Source: Blastocatellia bacterium
GTDB taxonomy: Bacteria > Acidobacteriota > Blastocatellia > RBC074
Reading direction: 5' to 3'
Length of the DNA stretch: 64,000 bases
Assembly (NCBI GenBank): GCA_035275345.1
Contig: DATEMY010000364.1
Coordinates: 642-64,641, forward strand
This document shows, one piece after another, positions 29,334 to 38,595 of this stretch; the stretch's first letter is position 1; every line of letters begins with the position of its first letter. Made by a program: the position numbers and the translations under genes. The notes below the pieces were generated by a model. It searched no databases. It had not been told where the DNA came from and was given only the letters and a program-made list of their open reading frames with translations.

Positions 29334-30154
29334 ATGATCAAACACATAACGGGATTCGCGTTGACCTTCGCGGTCACCATTTTTCTGGTAACGGAAGTCG
29401 TTGCGCAAAGCCCTTCGGGCAATCCCAGCCCCGGCGACCTCAAGTTCGAGCCGTACAAAATTCAGGCCGGAGACCTGACGGTTGAAGGCGAACTCGGCCG
29501 TCTGACCGTCAAAGAGAACCGCGGCAAGCCGCAATCGAAACTGATCGAGTTGGCTTTCGTGCGGCTCAAAAGCACGGCGGCGCAGCCGGGCCATCCGGTC
29601 GTTTACCTGGACGGCGGGCCGGGGTCGTCGGCGATCAATCTCGCCCGGGTCCCCGAATACCTATTGATCGCGGCGATTACTCGATGCTGTCGCGTCTTGT
29701 AGAGAGGCGCTTCAATGAATATAGCGCGGGAATGCCCATCATGACTCTGGTGATGGACGCCTCGTCGGGGGCGACGCGCGAGCGCGACGCCCGGATCGCG
29801 ATCGAGGCCAGGACGGCGCTGCTCGGCAATGTGATGAACTTTCCCTTCCCGGCAATCGGCGAGGTGTTCGGAAATCCGGACCTGGGCGATAAGTTCCGCT
29901 CGCCCATTAGGACGGATGTGGCTACGCTTTTCATCAGCGGCTCGCTCGACAACAACACGCCGCCTTTTCAGGCGGACGAAGTGCGCCAGCATTTCAGACA
30001 CAGCGCCCATATCGTCGTTGAAAACGCCGGCCACGAAAGCATGCTCGACAAACCGGAAACGCAGCAGGCCATCGTTGATTTCCTGCTCGGAAAAGATATC
30101 AGCCGAGTGAAGATATCGTTGCCGCCGCTGAAATTCCGCCCGATTTCACAATAA
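29334..30154 (+). pseudogene. Alpha/beta-hydrolase (S33/TAP-like) remnant: frameshifted, and the nucleophile region is missing
   Basis: ORF 29334..29702 carries the signal plus HPVVYLDGGPGSS. ORF 29684..30154, in another frame, carries the C-terminal FISGSLDNNTPP...VENAGHES. No GxSxG motif occurs in either piece. Confidence 0.65.
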
Positions 30155-30187
30155 AGGTTTCAGGCGCGAATCAAATTCAGCCCAGCT

Positions 30188-30270
30188 TAAATGAAGCAAT
30201 GGCATTAAGTTCAGCCCTGGGGCCGCGTGCGCCCCCAGGGCTGAACTTAATGCCATTGGCATAAATGAAG
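30188..30270. repeat. Perfect 25-bp-stem hairpin flanked by 9-bp direct repeats TAAATGAAG
   Basis: Arms 30198-30222 and 30233-30257 are exact reverse complements with a 10-nt loop. TAAATGAAG occurs at 30188-30196 and 30262-30270. Confidence 0.8.
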
Positions 30271-30525
30271 GAGGCCAGGGTTGATGCAGTCTTCGCGCAA
30301 TACGGGAAGGCTGATTCTCCCGGCTGCGCCCTGGGCGTGAGCAAGGACGGCAAACTGTTATACGCGCGCGGTTTCGGGATGGCCAATCTGGAACACAACA
30401 TCCCGAACGGCCCGAAAGCGGTTATTTCCGTCACTCAATTCGAATACAGCCGCGACGCCGCGGGCAAGCTCTCAGGCTTCGCCATTTACGCCGGACGCAT
30501 CCGAAACGTGCGATTTTCAAGATAG
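30265..30525 (+). pseudogene. Beta-lactamase-family serine hydrolase remnant (internal deletion)
   Basis: N-terminal-type DAVFAQYGKADSPGCALGVSKDGKLLYARGFGMANLEHNIP joins directly to C-terminal-type GKLSGFAIYAGRIRNVRFSR. The SxxK region is absent. Only 86 aa. Confidence 0.6.
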
Positions 30526-30533
30526 AATTTATA

Positions 30534-30562
30534 TTGACAGTAGCGACATAGATGTCTTAGAT
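30534..30562 (+). promoter_or_regulatory. Candidate sigma70-type promoter TTGACA-17-TTAGAT
   Basis: TTGACA at 30534-30539, TTAGAT at 30557-30562. About 195 nt upstream of the ATG at 30758. Confidence 0.3.
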
Positions 30563-30757
30563 TTCCCGCCATCTTCTCTTCAGCGTGATTTGTTGCATCA
30601 GTTCCGTAACAATATCACCTTCGTTCAATGCCCCACAGTGAGGTTCCATAATCAACCTGTTTTGGCCCGACGCAGCCCGGTCCCTGTCTGCGCCCCCTCG
30701 ACCCCACTAGCGCTGACCGGAGCAGCCTTCGCCATTCCGCAACAATAAGGAGTCACT

Positions 30758-31195
30758 ATGTCAGAGATGACCATTCCAGAATCGCGCGCCCGACTGGGCT
30801 ATTTACTCTCCGAAATGCTGTCATTGCCCAACCTCCCCGTAGATCTGAACCGGATGATCAGTGATCATCTTCAGAAGCAACTGAGCCTCGTCAATATTCT
30901 CAAGCCTGAATACTGTCTCAGGCTCTATCCCGTACTGGCCGAACTGGCTGAATTGTCCGCCCTCGAATCCGACAACCAACCCGCCGCCAGTGAAGTCAGC
31001 TCGGGCGTAGCGCTCTCCGTCGCAACCCCCGAATCCACTCCTGTTGAATCTCACTCCGAAAGCGTAAATGGTTCAACCGCCGAAGCTGTGACGGATGAAA
31101 CTCCCGCAGAGTTGGTGAACGGCCCGATTCACGATCAGAACGATCATTTCAACCTGGCGTCCAACGAGCAGTCATCCCAGGAGGAGGGTTATTAG
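30758..31195 (+). CDS. Hypothetical protein with a structured N-terminus and an acidic low-complexity tail
   Basis: AAGGAG upstream of the start. 145 aa. The tail is rich in E/S/T/A (SEVSSGVALSVATPESTPVESHSESVNGSTAEAVTDETPAE). Confidence 0.6.
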   Translation: MSEMTIPESRARLGYLLSEMLSLPNLPVDLNRMISDHLQKQLSLVNILKPEYCLRLYPVLAELAELSALESDNQPAASEVSSGVALSVATPESTPVESHSESVNGSTAEAVTDETPAELVNGPIHDQNDHFNLASNEQSSQEEGY

Positions 31196-31302
31196 CTGAT
31201 CGCTAAAGACATTCCCTGACGGTTGCGGCGCGGCGCCGACGGTTGCGGCGCCATCGCCGCGACCGTCAGCAGTCGCTGCCCGCAGGGCTTGAAGGAACAG
31301 GC

Positions 31303-32277
31303 ATGTCGAAAGCCAAAATCATCTCGGTCATCAACTACAAAGGCGGCGTCGGCAAGACGACCAGCGCCTATCACATCGGCTGCTCTCTTGCTCAGCACTA
31401 CCATAAAAGAGTCTTGCTGATTGACATCGACCCGCAGACCAACTTGACCTTCTTATGCGCCGATTACGAGAGTTGGGACCAGTTCAGGGCAGAGCGAGGC
31501 ACGATCGCCACCCTCTACCGGCAATTCATCGCCAGATGCGCGATGAAAACCAGTAGCGTCATCTGGAAAAGCCCTGTTCGTCTGGCGGACGGCGGAAGCA
31601 TCGCGAATTTGGACCTGATTCCCTGCGACATCGAACTGCTGGGTGACGAGTTGGGTTTGGACGGAAGCGGCGCCCCTTTCCCGGCGCACCGGCCATCCGC
31701 TTGGGCCATGGAAGATTTTTTGCGCTGGCGTCGTTTTCTTTGCGAGGCGGTGAAGCAGGTTGAGAATGAATACGATTACATATTGATAGACTGTCCGCCA
31801 AATCTCTACTTGCTGACTCAGAATGCGCTGCTGGCCAGCGACGCATACCTGGTGACCACCATTCCGGACCACCTCTCCACACTTGGAATAGACACATTGC
31901 AAGGTCGTATTAAGGTGATCAACACGCGGGTAGCGGCGGCCCAGGTCTTCCTCGGTAAGAGCTTCGGGCTGGATTCAGTCGCTGAACTGGGCGGAATCGT
32001 TTTCGTGAAGGTTCGGGAATCGGCGCATGGTGTTCTCAATTTATTTGAACAGAGGATGTCGCAGATTGGTAGCGATTTCAATGGCAAGTGCTTCCCAGCG
32101 TATACCACTGAGATGGTGGGTTACTGTGAAGCGTCGGAACAAAGGCGGCCGGTTTGGGCTTGCGCCAGTCCGAACGCTAAAAACGCCGCTGCGACTGAGC
32201 AGTACCAGAAAATCACCCGAATCTTCCTGGAGAGGTTTCAGCATAATGGCAAAATCAACAAAGTCGGCAGGGGTTGA
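31303..32277 (+). CDS. ParA/MinD-family (deviant Walker A) ATPase, orphan
   Basis: The ATG at 31303 gives MSKAKIISVINYKGGVGKTTSAY. Also LLIDIDPQTN and YDYILIDCPPNL. Confidence 0.85.
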   Translation: MSKAKIISVINYKGGVGKTTSAYHIGCSLAQHYHKRVLLIDIDPQTNLTFLCADYESWDQFRAERGTIATLYRQFIARCAMKTSSVIWKSPVRLADGGSIANLDLIPCDIELLGDELGLDGSGAPFPAHRPSAWAMEDFLRWRRFLCEAVKQVENEYDYILIDCPPNLYLLTQNALLASDAYLVTTIPDHLSTLGIDTLQGRIKVINTRVAAAQVFLGKSFGLDSVAELGGIVFVKVRESAHGVLNLFEQRMSQIGSDFNGKCFPAYTTEMVGYCEASEQRRPVWACASPNAKNAAATEQYQKITRIFLERFQHNGKINKVGRG

Positions 32278-32815
32278 AGTCGAAAGTTTTATCCAGAGGC
32301 TACAAAGCCTTCTCGACGCGTTGCCATCGGAATCGCAGAAGCAGGAGATCAACAACGCCTTTACCGAATTGATCAGTTTCCTAACAGATATGCAGAACCT
32401 ATTTCTGGCGATGCCGTCAACCGAAGACAGCGCAAGCATCCGTGTATCGCTGGAGAAACTCGCGGGGTTCTATGCGTCAGCGCAAAAAGTCCCAATTATC
32501 GCTGCTTCTGTCGGGGCCGGTCAGAAGTCTACAAAACGGAGTTCCGGCGCCTCGTCGAAGGAAGAAATTGATATTGATGTTAACGAAGTTCTGGCAAGCT
32601 TGACGAAATTGTCTGCTGATGAGATCAGGTCCCAATTGGATGGCAATGCCTATTCAAAGCATTCCCTGCGGCTTATTGCTTCAGAAATGGGGCTAAAGAC
32701 GGCTAGCGGCGCGACCAGGAAAAGACTGGCCGAAAAGATTGCTAACGACATTGTGAATCAAAGGATGCGCGATAGTTTGGCCGGCAGATCCAATCGCGAA
32801 TCGGCGGTGGGTTGA
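32246..32815 (+). CDS. Hypothetical ParA-partner candidate with basic N-terminus and C-terminal SAP/HeH-like motif
   Basis: The ATG at 32246 overlaps the ParA-like gene by 32 nt. MAKSTKSAG N-terminus. C-terminal LRLIASEMGLKTASGATRKRLAEKIANDI. Confidence 0.55.
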   Translation: MAKSTKSAGVEVESFIQRLQSLLDALPSESQKQEINNAFTELISFLTDMQNLFLAMPSTEDSASIRVSLEKLAGFYASAQKVPIIAASVGAGQKSTKRSSGASSKEEIDIDVNEVLASLTKLSADEIRSQLDGNAYSKHSLRLIASEMGLKTASGATRKRLAEKIANDIVNQRMRDSLAGRSNRESAVG

Positions 32816-32843
32816 GGACGAAATAAATAACGAATTTGGAGCC

Positions 32844-33527
32844 TCAGTCATTTGCGGATAAAGAGTTTCGCAACCACCCGCGAAAAGTTCGCAACGTCGC
32901 GCTCTGGCCATCGGTTTTGCTCTGCTCCAGAAAGTTTGACAGCGCCTCAGCCGTCAAGACAGGCAAGGCTCGGCTGGTCGCCGCTTCAACATACCCTTGT
33001 TCGGTCAGATGCAGAATCTGCAAACGTTTTTCGTCGTAGCGCCAGATTTCCGGCGCGCCCAGATCGGCGTAGAAATCGAGCTTGTAAAGCGAGCCACTCG
33101 AAATATCTATTTCGACGATCACGTCAGGCGGCGGGTCGCGGCGGGGATCGAGTTTTCGTTTGCCGATGACTCCGGCCGCGTTCTGGATGAAAAAGCAGGT
33201 GTCCGGCTCCATTCCTCCGGGAAAAGACTTCTTCTTAAATGTCGCCGAGCCGCGGCTTTCAAACTCGCAACCGGTCTCATCCGCCGTTATGCGGCCAATA
33301 TCATGTAGCAAACCAATATACATTTCGTGATATTGCGATGGACTCATAATCCACAACCTCCCTCGGTCGTAGTTCACTCGTCTGCCAGGGCGATCACCCA
33401 TATCGGCAAGCAACTGTTCATATTCATCCCAAGTGACGTCCGGGATCGTGACCATAGCTCCATCGGGCAGGTTCTCGACTGCGGCCAAATAGCTTGAAAT
33501 TTTTCTGACAGGCTGCGCGCTCATCAA
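32844..33527 (-). CDS. Uma2-family (DUF820) endonuclease
   Basis: PDVIVEIDISSGSLYKLDFYADLGAPEIWRYD core typical of the family. Confidence 0.8.
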   Translation of the reverse strand: MMSAQPVRKISSYLAAVENLPDGAMVTIPDVTWDEYEQLLADMGDRPGRRVNYDRGRLWIMSPSQYHEMYIGLLHDIGRITADETGCEFESRGSATFKKKSFPGGMEPDTCFFIQNAAGVIGKRKLDPRRDPPPDVIVEIDISSGSLYKLDFYADLGAPEIWRYDEKRLQILHLTEQGYVEAATSRALPVLTAEALSNFLEQSKTDGQSATLRTFRGWLRNSLSAND

Positions 33528-33574
33528 AACACCTCCGGATTATCCTTCAATCCGAAACGATAACACACTCGCTT

Positions 33575-33615
33575 GGTAAAATCGGTGTGGGGCAACCGCT
33601 GTGTTACCTCACACC
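33575..33615 (-). terminator. Possible terminator of the oxidoreductase gene
   Basis: GGTGTGGGG (33584-33592) pairs with CCTCACACC (33607-33615), 8 of 9. In minus sense it is followed by GATTTTA. Confidence 0.35.
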
Positions 33616-33632
33616 TTGTGTTCCAGCCTGGA

Positions 33633-34868
33633 TCAAACCCGCGCAACCGCGCCGTCGCTGTTCAACACGACGCGTTTCTGCTGCCTGAGCGCCAGGTTGG
33701 CCAGATGCGGCCCGGTCACCGCGTTGTGGCCGACCTCGACCGGAGCGTTCGGCTCCTGCCGTGATTTGACGCAATCGAGAAAGTTTTTGACGTGTGGTTC
33801 GGTCGGGATGCCGCCCTTGTATTCGTGTATCGGGGCGGGCGGAATATCGGGACGGCGCCAGGGCTCCGGGTAGACTCGATAGCCGTCATCATCAAGCACC
33901 ATCGTGGCCTTCTTGCCCTGCAGGAAAATCTTCCAACTGTCTTCGTACGAATTGCCGTAACAGAGCGTCCAGGTGGCCAGAAAGGACGGATATTCAAAGA
34001 CTGCGCTGAACGTGTCGGGCACGTCTCCGCCTTTGTGAACGTAGATCGCGCCCTGGCAGACGGCGGACACCGGAGGTTTTCCCTGGTTGCAGAACCATTG
34101 GATCACGTCCATCAGGTGCGTGCCCTGGTCGGTCATATGGCCGCCGTTGTAATCCGAAAAGTTACGCCAGAATAAGAACCGCCGTTCGTCGAGCGGGTAG
34201 CGTTTCTTCGCCGGTCCTTGAAAACGCTCCCAATCGAGCTTGCCTTCTAGCGAAGGTTTCTGCGGCATCGGCCTGCGGTTCCAAAACCACTGAGCGCGAG
34301 CCATGACGATCTCGCCAAGCGCGCCGTCATCAAGGAGCTTCTTCGCGCCGCGCACGGCTTCGGAACTTCGGCGCTGCATTCCCACCTGGACGATCTGTTT
34401 TGTGGCGCGCACGCCTTTGACCATCCTGGCGCCCTGTTCGATCGAATACGAAAAAGGCTTTTCGGTGTAAACGTCTTTGCCAGCCGCAACCGCGTCGAGC
34501 AGGATGTTGGCGTGCCAATGATCCGGCGTGGCGTTGAGCACGGCGACCACATCTTTATTGGCCAGCAGTTCCTTGTAATCCATCGTCGACCTGGCGCCTT
34601 CGCGCGCGAGCTTCAACGCGGCGTTGATGTTCGGTTCATAAACGTCGCAAACATGGATGAATTCGCAGGCCTGCGAAAACCTGTTGAATGACCCCATCAC
34701 GCTTCGGCCGCGGCCTCCTGATCCGATGACGCCGAGTTGAATCCGTTCATTCGCCCCGATGACGCGCGCGTAAGATTTCGCCGTGAGCAGTCCCGCCCCG
34801 GCCAGTCCCGCGCCAGCGTTGGCGATGAAGCGCCTGCGACCGGGATGCTTTGAAGTATTCTCGGGCAT
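33633..34868 (-). CDS. TAT-exported Gfo/Idh/MocA-family oxidoreductase
   Basis: Twin-arginine leader [19 protein letters not shown]. Rossmann segment [15 protein letters not shown]. Confidence 0.85.
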   Translation of the reverse strand: MPENTSKHPGRRRFIANAGAGLAGAGLLTAKSYARVIGANERIQLGVIGSGGRGRSVMGSFNRFSQACEFIHVCDVYEPNINAALKLAREGARSTMDYKELLANKDVVAVLNATPDHWHANILLDAVAAGKDVYTEKPFSYSIEQGARMVKGVRATKQIVQVGMQRRSSEAVRGAKKLLDDGALGEIVMARAQWFWNRRPMPQKPSLEGKLDWERFQGPAKKRYPLDERRFLFWRNFSDYNGGHMTDQGTHLMDVIQWFCNQGKPPVSAVCQGAIYVHKGGDVPDTFSAVFEYPSFLATWTLCYGNSYEDSWKIFLQGKKATMVLDDDGYRVYPEPWRRPDIPPAPIHEYKGGIPTEPHVKNFLDCVKSRQEPNAPVEVGHNAVTGPHLANLALRQQKRVVLNSDGAVARV

Positions 34869-34989
34869 AAGCTCCTCCGTTTTCGGTTGTTAACTGTTAT
34901 TGTGAAAGATGGGGCGAGAATAAGGAATCGGCGGGAGAAAGGCAAATTCCGGGAGAGCCAGAGCGGTTTACGATTGCGTGTGTGGCCAC

Positions 34990-35082
34990 AACCACGGGGG
35001 GCGCGGGGATCACGGGGGTAAAACAAGAGGAGCGATGATTTTTTCACTTCCTTCCCCCCGTGATCCCCGCCCCCCCGTGGTT
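34990..35082. repeat. G/C-run-rich imperfect palindrome (about 28-bp arms, 36-nt spacer)
   Basis: AACCACGGGGGGCGCGGGGATCACGGGGG (34990-35018) versus CCCCCGTGATCCCCGCCCCCCCGTGGTT (35055-35082), with one mismatch and a 1-nt indel. Confidence 0.75.
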
Positions 35083-35105
35083 ATTCGCTGCATTTCATTC
35101 CCGCG

Positions 35106-36131
35106 CTACTTCGCCTCGATCTTCCAGCTTCGATTGGTTAACTGTTCGGCTCGGATTTCGACCTCGAGAAATTTTCGGATGATTTCGATGTTGGTCGTGG
35201 TGTGGCGCGAGGGCGGAACGGTGATGAACGACCCGCCGCGGGCCAGAGCCATCGGCAGCAGCAACTGATCGGCCAGATATTCGCCGACTGGCACATCGCT
35301 CGCCAGATAACGTCGCGCCGCTAACACGGCCTGATCCGCCACAGCTTCGGCTGCGACCCCACGCTCGCCGAATCCAGTGAAGACTTCGGCGCAATTTTCG
35401 CTCTCGATTTCGAGCGTGATAATGTTACCCGGGCCGTGCGAATTCGTAACCGATTCCGCTTTCAGCCATTTCTGCGGCCACGAAAGCTTCCTGTGAACCA
35501 CGCCCAGTTCGCGTTCGGCGATGCTGCGCGGCAGATGGGCCACCAATGCCTTCGCGCGACGGTCGAGTATTTTGCCGCGTTCATTCAGCTCGATCGGATC
35601 AAGCCTCTTCGCCGGCTTGATTGTGACCTCGACGCGGCCTCCGCCCGCCGGGTAGAAGCCGTAGCGTTCGAGCCTGGCTTCGACTCGCGCGCCCATGCGT
35701 TCGAGCAGCGGCAGGAACGCCAGCGCCAAAAAATCGAAAGGCGGCGCGAAAGGATTGTGCGTACCGCCTTCAATCGTCAGATGCGTTTGTTGATCCGGGT
35801 CGCCGGAGGCCAGCAGCGCGGGTAGGATAGTTTGCAGCACGAGGGTTGCGCTGCCCGCCGTTCCGACCGCGAACTGATAATCGCCGTGCGCGATACTGCC
35901 TGGCGTAAATGTGAGTTGCGTCGAGCTGATGTTCGCGCCGGATACTTCGGCTTGACCGATCTTCGCAGCGGCTTTCACGGCCGTCAAATGCTGCCGCAGC
36001 AATCCGGGATTCCTACGGCCGGCGCGAATCTTCTCGATTCGGAAAGGCTGGCCGGTAATGAGCGAAAGACCCAGCGCGGTGCGTAATATCTGGCCGCCGC
36101 CCTCTCCGAATGAACCGTCGATTGTGATCAT
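35106..36131 (-). CDS. rtcA: RNA 3'-terminal phosphate cyclase
   Basis: The ATG at 36131 gives MITIDGSFGEGGGQILRTALGLSLITGQPFRIEKIRAGRRNPGLLRQHLTAV. No rtcB or rtcR nearby. Confidence 0.85.
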   Translation of the reverse strand: MITIDGSFGEGGGQILRTALGLSLITGQPFRIEKIRAGRRNPGLLRQHLTAVKAAAKIGQAEVSGANISSTQLTFTPGSIAHGDYQFAVGTAGSATLVLQTILPALLASGDPDQQTHLTIEGGTHNPFAPPFDFLALAFLPLLERMGARVEARLERYGFYPAGGGRVEVTIKPAKRLDPIELNERGKILDRRAKALVAHLPRSIAERELGVVHRKLSWPQKWLKAESVTNSHGPGNIITLEIESENCAEVFTGFGERGVAAEAVADQAVLAARRYLASDVPVGEYLADQLLLPMALARGGSFITVPPSRHTTTNIEIIRKFLEVEIRAEQLTNRSWKIEAK

Positions 36132-36138
36132 TACCGTG

Positions 36139-36546
36139 TCATTTCCTGGCGGCTGTGAACGTCCCCTTCTCGACCTCTTCGCCACTGGCTTTGGCGCGGA
36201 TCGAATAGTCGCCCTTGATTGATTTCCCTTGGATCAAGCTCTGCAGCGTCACTTCAACACCTCCATCGGGGGAGTCGAACTTTATTGTAAGTTTGGACGC
36301 CTTCGCGTCAATCAATTTGAATTGCGTTGTGTAGCCTTGACCCTGATCAGGGCTGGCCGTGAGCGTTCCAGAGAGCTTCCCCGCGGCGTCTTTCTTGATT
36401 GTCATTTCAAATTTGCCTGCGCTGCTTCCGGTCCAGCTCCCGGACCAGGTTCCAGCGGCGTTGGCGCCCGACCGGGACTGACCGTAAGCAATATAGCCAA
36501 CGAAGATTATTAAAACGATTAACGAAGCGGACGTTGTTTGGCGCAT
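36139..36546 (-). CDS. Small exported hypothetical protein (135 aa)
   Basis: The ATG at 36546 has GGGAGGA upstream. Signal-like MRQTTSASLIVLIIFVGYIAYG. The stop lies 7 nt before the rtcA start. Confidence 0.6.
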   Translation of the reverse strand: MRQTTSASLIVLIIFVGYIAYGQSRSGANAAGTWSGSWTGSSAGKFEMTIKKDAAGKLSGTLTASPDQGQGYTTQFKLIDAKASKLTIKFDSPDGGVEVTLQSLIQGKSIKGDYSIRAKASGEEVEKGTFTAARK

Positions 36547-36807
36547 ATTTTCCTCCCGAGAAATGTGATGGTTCATCGGATAATACGATAGGCCGCCAGA
36601 AACAGAGCGCATTTTTTTTCGACCTTTGCAAGTGGGGCGGGAAGGGAAGCGATCTCGGTTGGAATTATTTTCGCCGCCTGAAAAGCCTGGAGACGGACTC
36701 TACAAATCACCGATAATGCGCCATACTTGCCTCCTTTTTTCCTGGCGGATTTTCCAATACGCAATGTTTAACCACAACCTGGAAACAAATAACCGAAGGG
36801 AACAAAA

Positions 36808-38526
36808 ATGAAAAAGCGGATTATTTTCCATGGCGCATTGATCGCTTGTGTGACAATCGCTTTGGCCTGCGCGACCGACACGGCAAAAAACAACCTCGCC
36901 CCGGCGGCGCCCGCTGAAATAAAGCCCGCGCTCGACAGCGTCACGAGCGACGATCTGCTTCGACATATCAAAACGCTCGCATCGGATGAATACGAGGGGC
37001 GCGCGCCTGGCACGAAAGGCGAGGAATTGACAGTCAACTATCTGACCGAGCAGTTCAAGCGTCTTGGGCTCAAGCCAGGCAATCCTGACGGGAGCTACGC
37101 GCAGAAAGTTCCGCTCATCGGTTTCACGCCTCAACCTTCGGTGTCATTCAGCGTAGGCGGCAAGCTGATGCCCATCCCGACTGAAGATTATCTGGCGCGC
37201 TCTCAAAGCTACACTCCCGAGACCAAGGTCGAAAATTCGGACATGGTCTTCGTCGGTTATGGCGTCGTCGCTCCCGAATATGGCTGGGACGATTTCAAAG
37301 GCGTGGATGTCAAAGGCAAGACGATCGTCATGCTCATCAACGACCCGGCGATCCCGGACCCCGCTGATCCGAAAAAGCTCGACGAGAAAATGTTCAAAGG
37401 CAAAGCGATGACCTACTACGGCCGCTGGACGTACAAATACGAGATTGCCGCGGAGAAGGGAGCGGCGGCTGCGATCATCGTCCACGAGACCGGCCCCGCG
37501 GGTTATCCGTTCATTGCGTTAGCCAGTTGGCGGCAGGAGAATTTCGGCATCAAGACGCAGGATAAAAATAAGAGTATAAGCCGTGTCGCCGTCGAATCGT
37601 GGATCACGGATGATAGGGCGAAAAAGCTCTTCGAGGCCGCCGGTCAGGATTTTGACGCTTTGAAGAAGGCGGCTCTGAGCAAAGACTTCAAGCCCGCGCC
37701 GCTTAACGCCAAGGCCAACTTCACGATCAGGACCACACTGCGCGAAGTCGCTTCGACCAACGTGATCGCCAAACTGGAAGGCTCGGATGAGAAACTCAAA
37801 GATGAATATGTGATCTACAGCGCGCACTGGGATCATATGGGGCGGAACCCGAAATTGGAGGGCGACCAGATCTTCAACGGCGCGCTCGACAACGCGTCGG
37901 GCACGTCCGGTCTGCTCGAACTCGCCGAGGCTTTTTCGAAGCTGAACCCCGCGCCCAAACGTTCGATCCTGTTCCTGGCCGTGACGGCGGAGGAGAAGGG
38001 GCTGCTGGGCGCGAAATTCTACGCCGAAAATCCGCTCTACCCGCACGAACGCACGTTGGCCAACATCAATATGGACGGACTCAACCAGTGGGGGCGCACC
38101 AGAGACGTGGTGATTATCGGTTTCGGCAATTCGACGCTCGACGATACCCTCGTCGAGATGGCGTCGGCTCAGGGACGCGTAGTCAAACCTGACGCCGAGC
38201 CGGAGAAGGGATTCTTCTATCGCTCCGATCACTTTGAATTCGCCAAGCAGGGCGTGCCGGCGCTCTACACCGATGACGGAACTGATTTCATCGGCAAGCC
38301 TGAAGGCTACGGCATGCAGAAGCGCAAGGAATACACCTCGCGCGATTATCACAATGTTTCTGACGATGTGAAGCCGGATTGGGATCTGTCCGGCGCCGCC
38401 GAAGATTTACGACTGCTCTTCCAGGTCGGTCACCGTGTGGCGCAAGGCGAGAAATGGCCGGAGTGGAAACCGGGTACGGAGTTCAAAGCGCGGCGCGATG
38501 AGGCGCTTAAACGGGCCAAGGCTTGA
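36808..38526 (+). CDS. Exported M28-family aminopeptidase with PA domain
   Basis: Signal or lipoprotein-like N-terminus. YSAHWDHMG and [20 protein letters not shown]. Confidence 0.85.
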   Translation: MKKRIIFHGALIACVTIALACATDTAKNNLAPAAPAEIKPALDSVTSDDLLRHIKTLASDEYEGRAPGTKGEELTVNYLTEQFKRLGLKPGNPDGSYAQKVPLIGFTPQPSVSFSVGGKLMPIPTEDYLARSQSYTPETKVENSDMVFVGYGVVAPEYGWDDFKGVDVKGKTIVMLINDPAIPDPADPKKLDEKMFKGKAMTYYGRWTYKYEIAAEKGAAAAIIVHETGPAGYPFIALASWRQENFGIKTQDKNKSISRVAVESWITDDRAKKLFEAAGQDFDALKKAALSKDFKPAPLNAKANFTIRTTLREVASTNVIAKLEGSDEKLKDEYVIYSAHWDHMGRNPKLEGDQIFNGALDNASGTSGLLELAEAFSKLNPAPKRSILFLAVTAEEKGLLGAKFYAENPLYPHERTLANINMDGLNQWGRTRDVVIIGFGNSTLDDTLVEMASAQGRVVKPDAEPEKGFFYRSDHFEFAKQGVPALYTDDGTDFIGKPEGYGMQKRKEYTSRDYHNVSDDVKPDWDLSGAAEDLRLLFQVGHRVAQGEKWPEWKPGTEFKARRDEALKRAKA

Positions 38527-38595
38527 GGATGAGCGGGAATGAGTCCCGACGCTGGCGAATCCATAACTCAAGTTCTTTGAAGAGAGGGCAAAAAA

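Noticed and set aside
30758-33527. Interpreting the ParA-like / small genes / Uma2 group as a known anti-phage defence system
   Set aside because: I cannot match the domain combination to any described defence system. Uma2 genes are ubiquitous stand-alone genes and this one is convergent, so probably a separate transcription unit.
34990-35018. G-quadruplex call for the G-runs in the 35.0-kb palindrome
   Set aside because: Only three clear G-runs occur per arm, and duplex or hairpin formation with the complementary arm would compete. It is mentioned only as a possibility.
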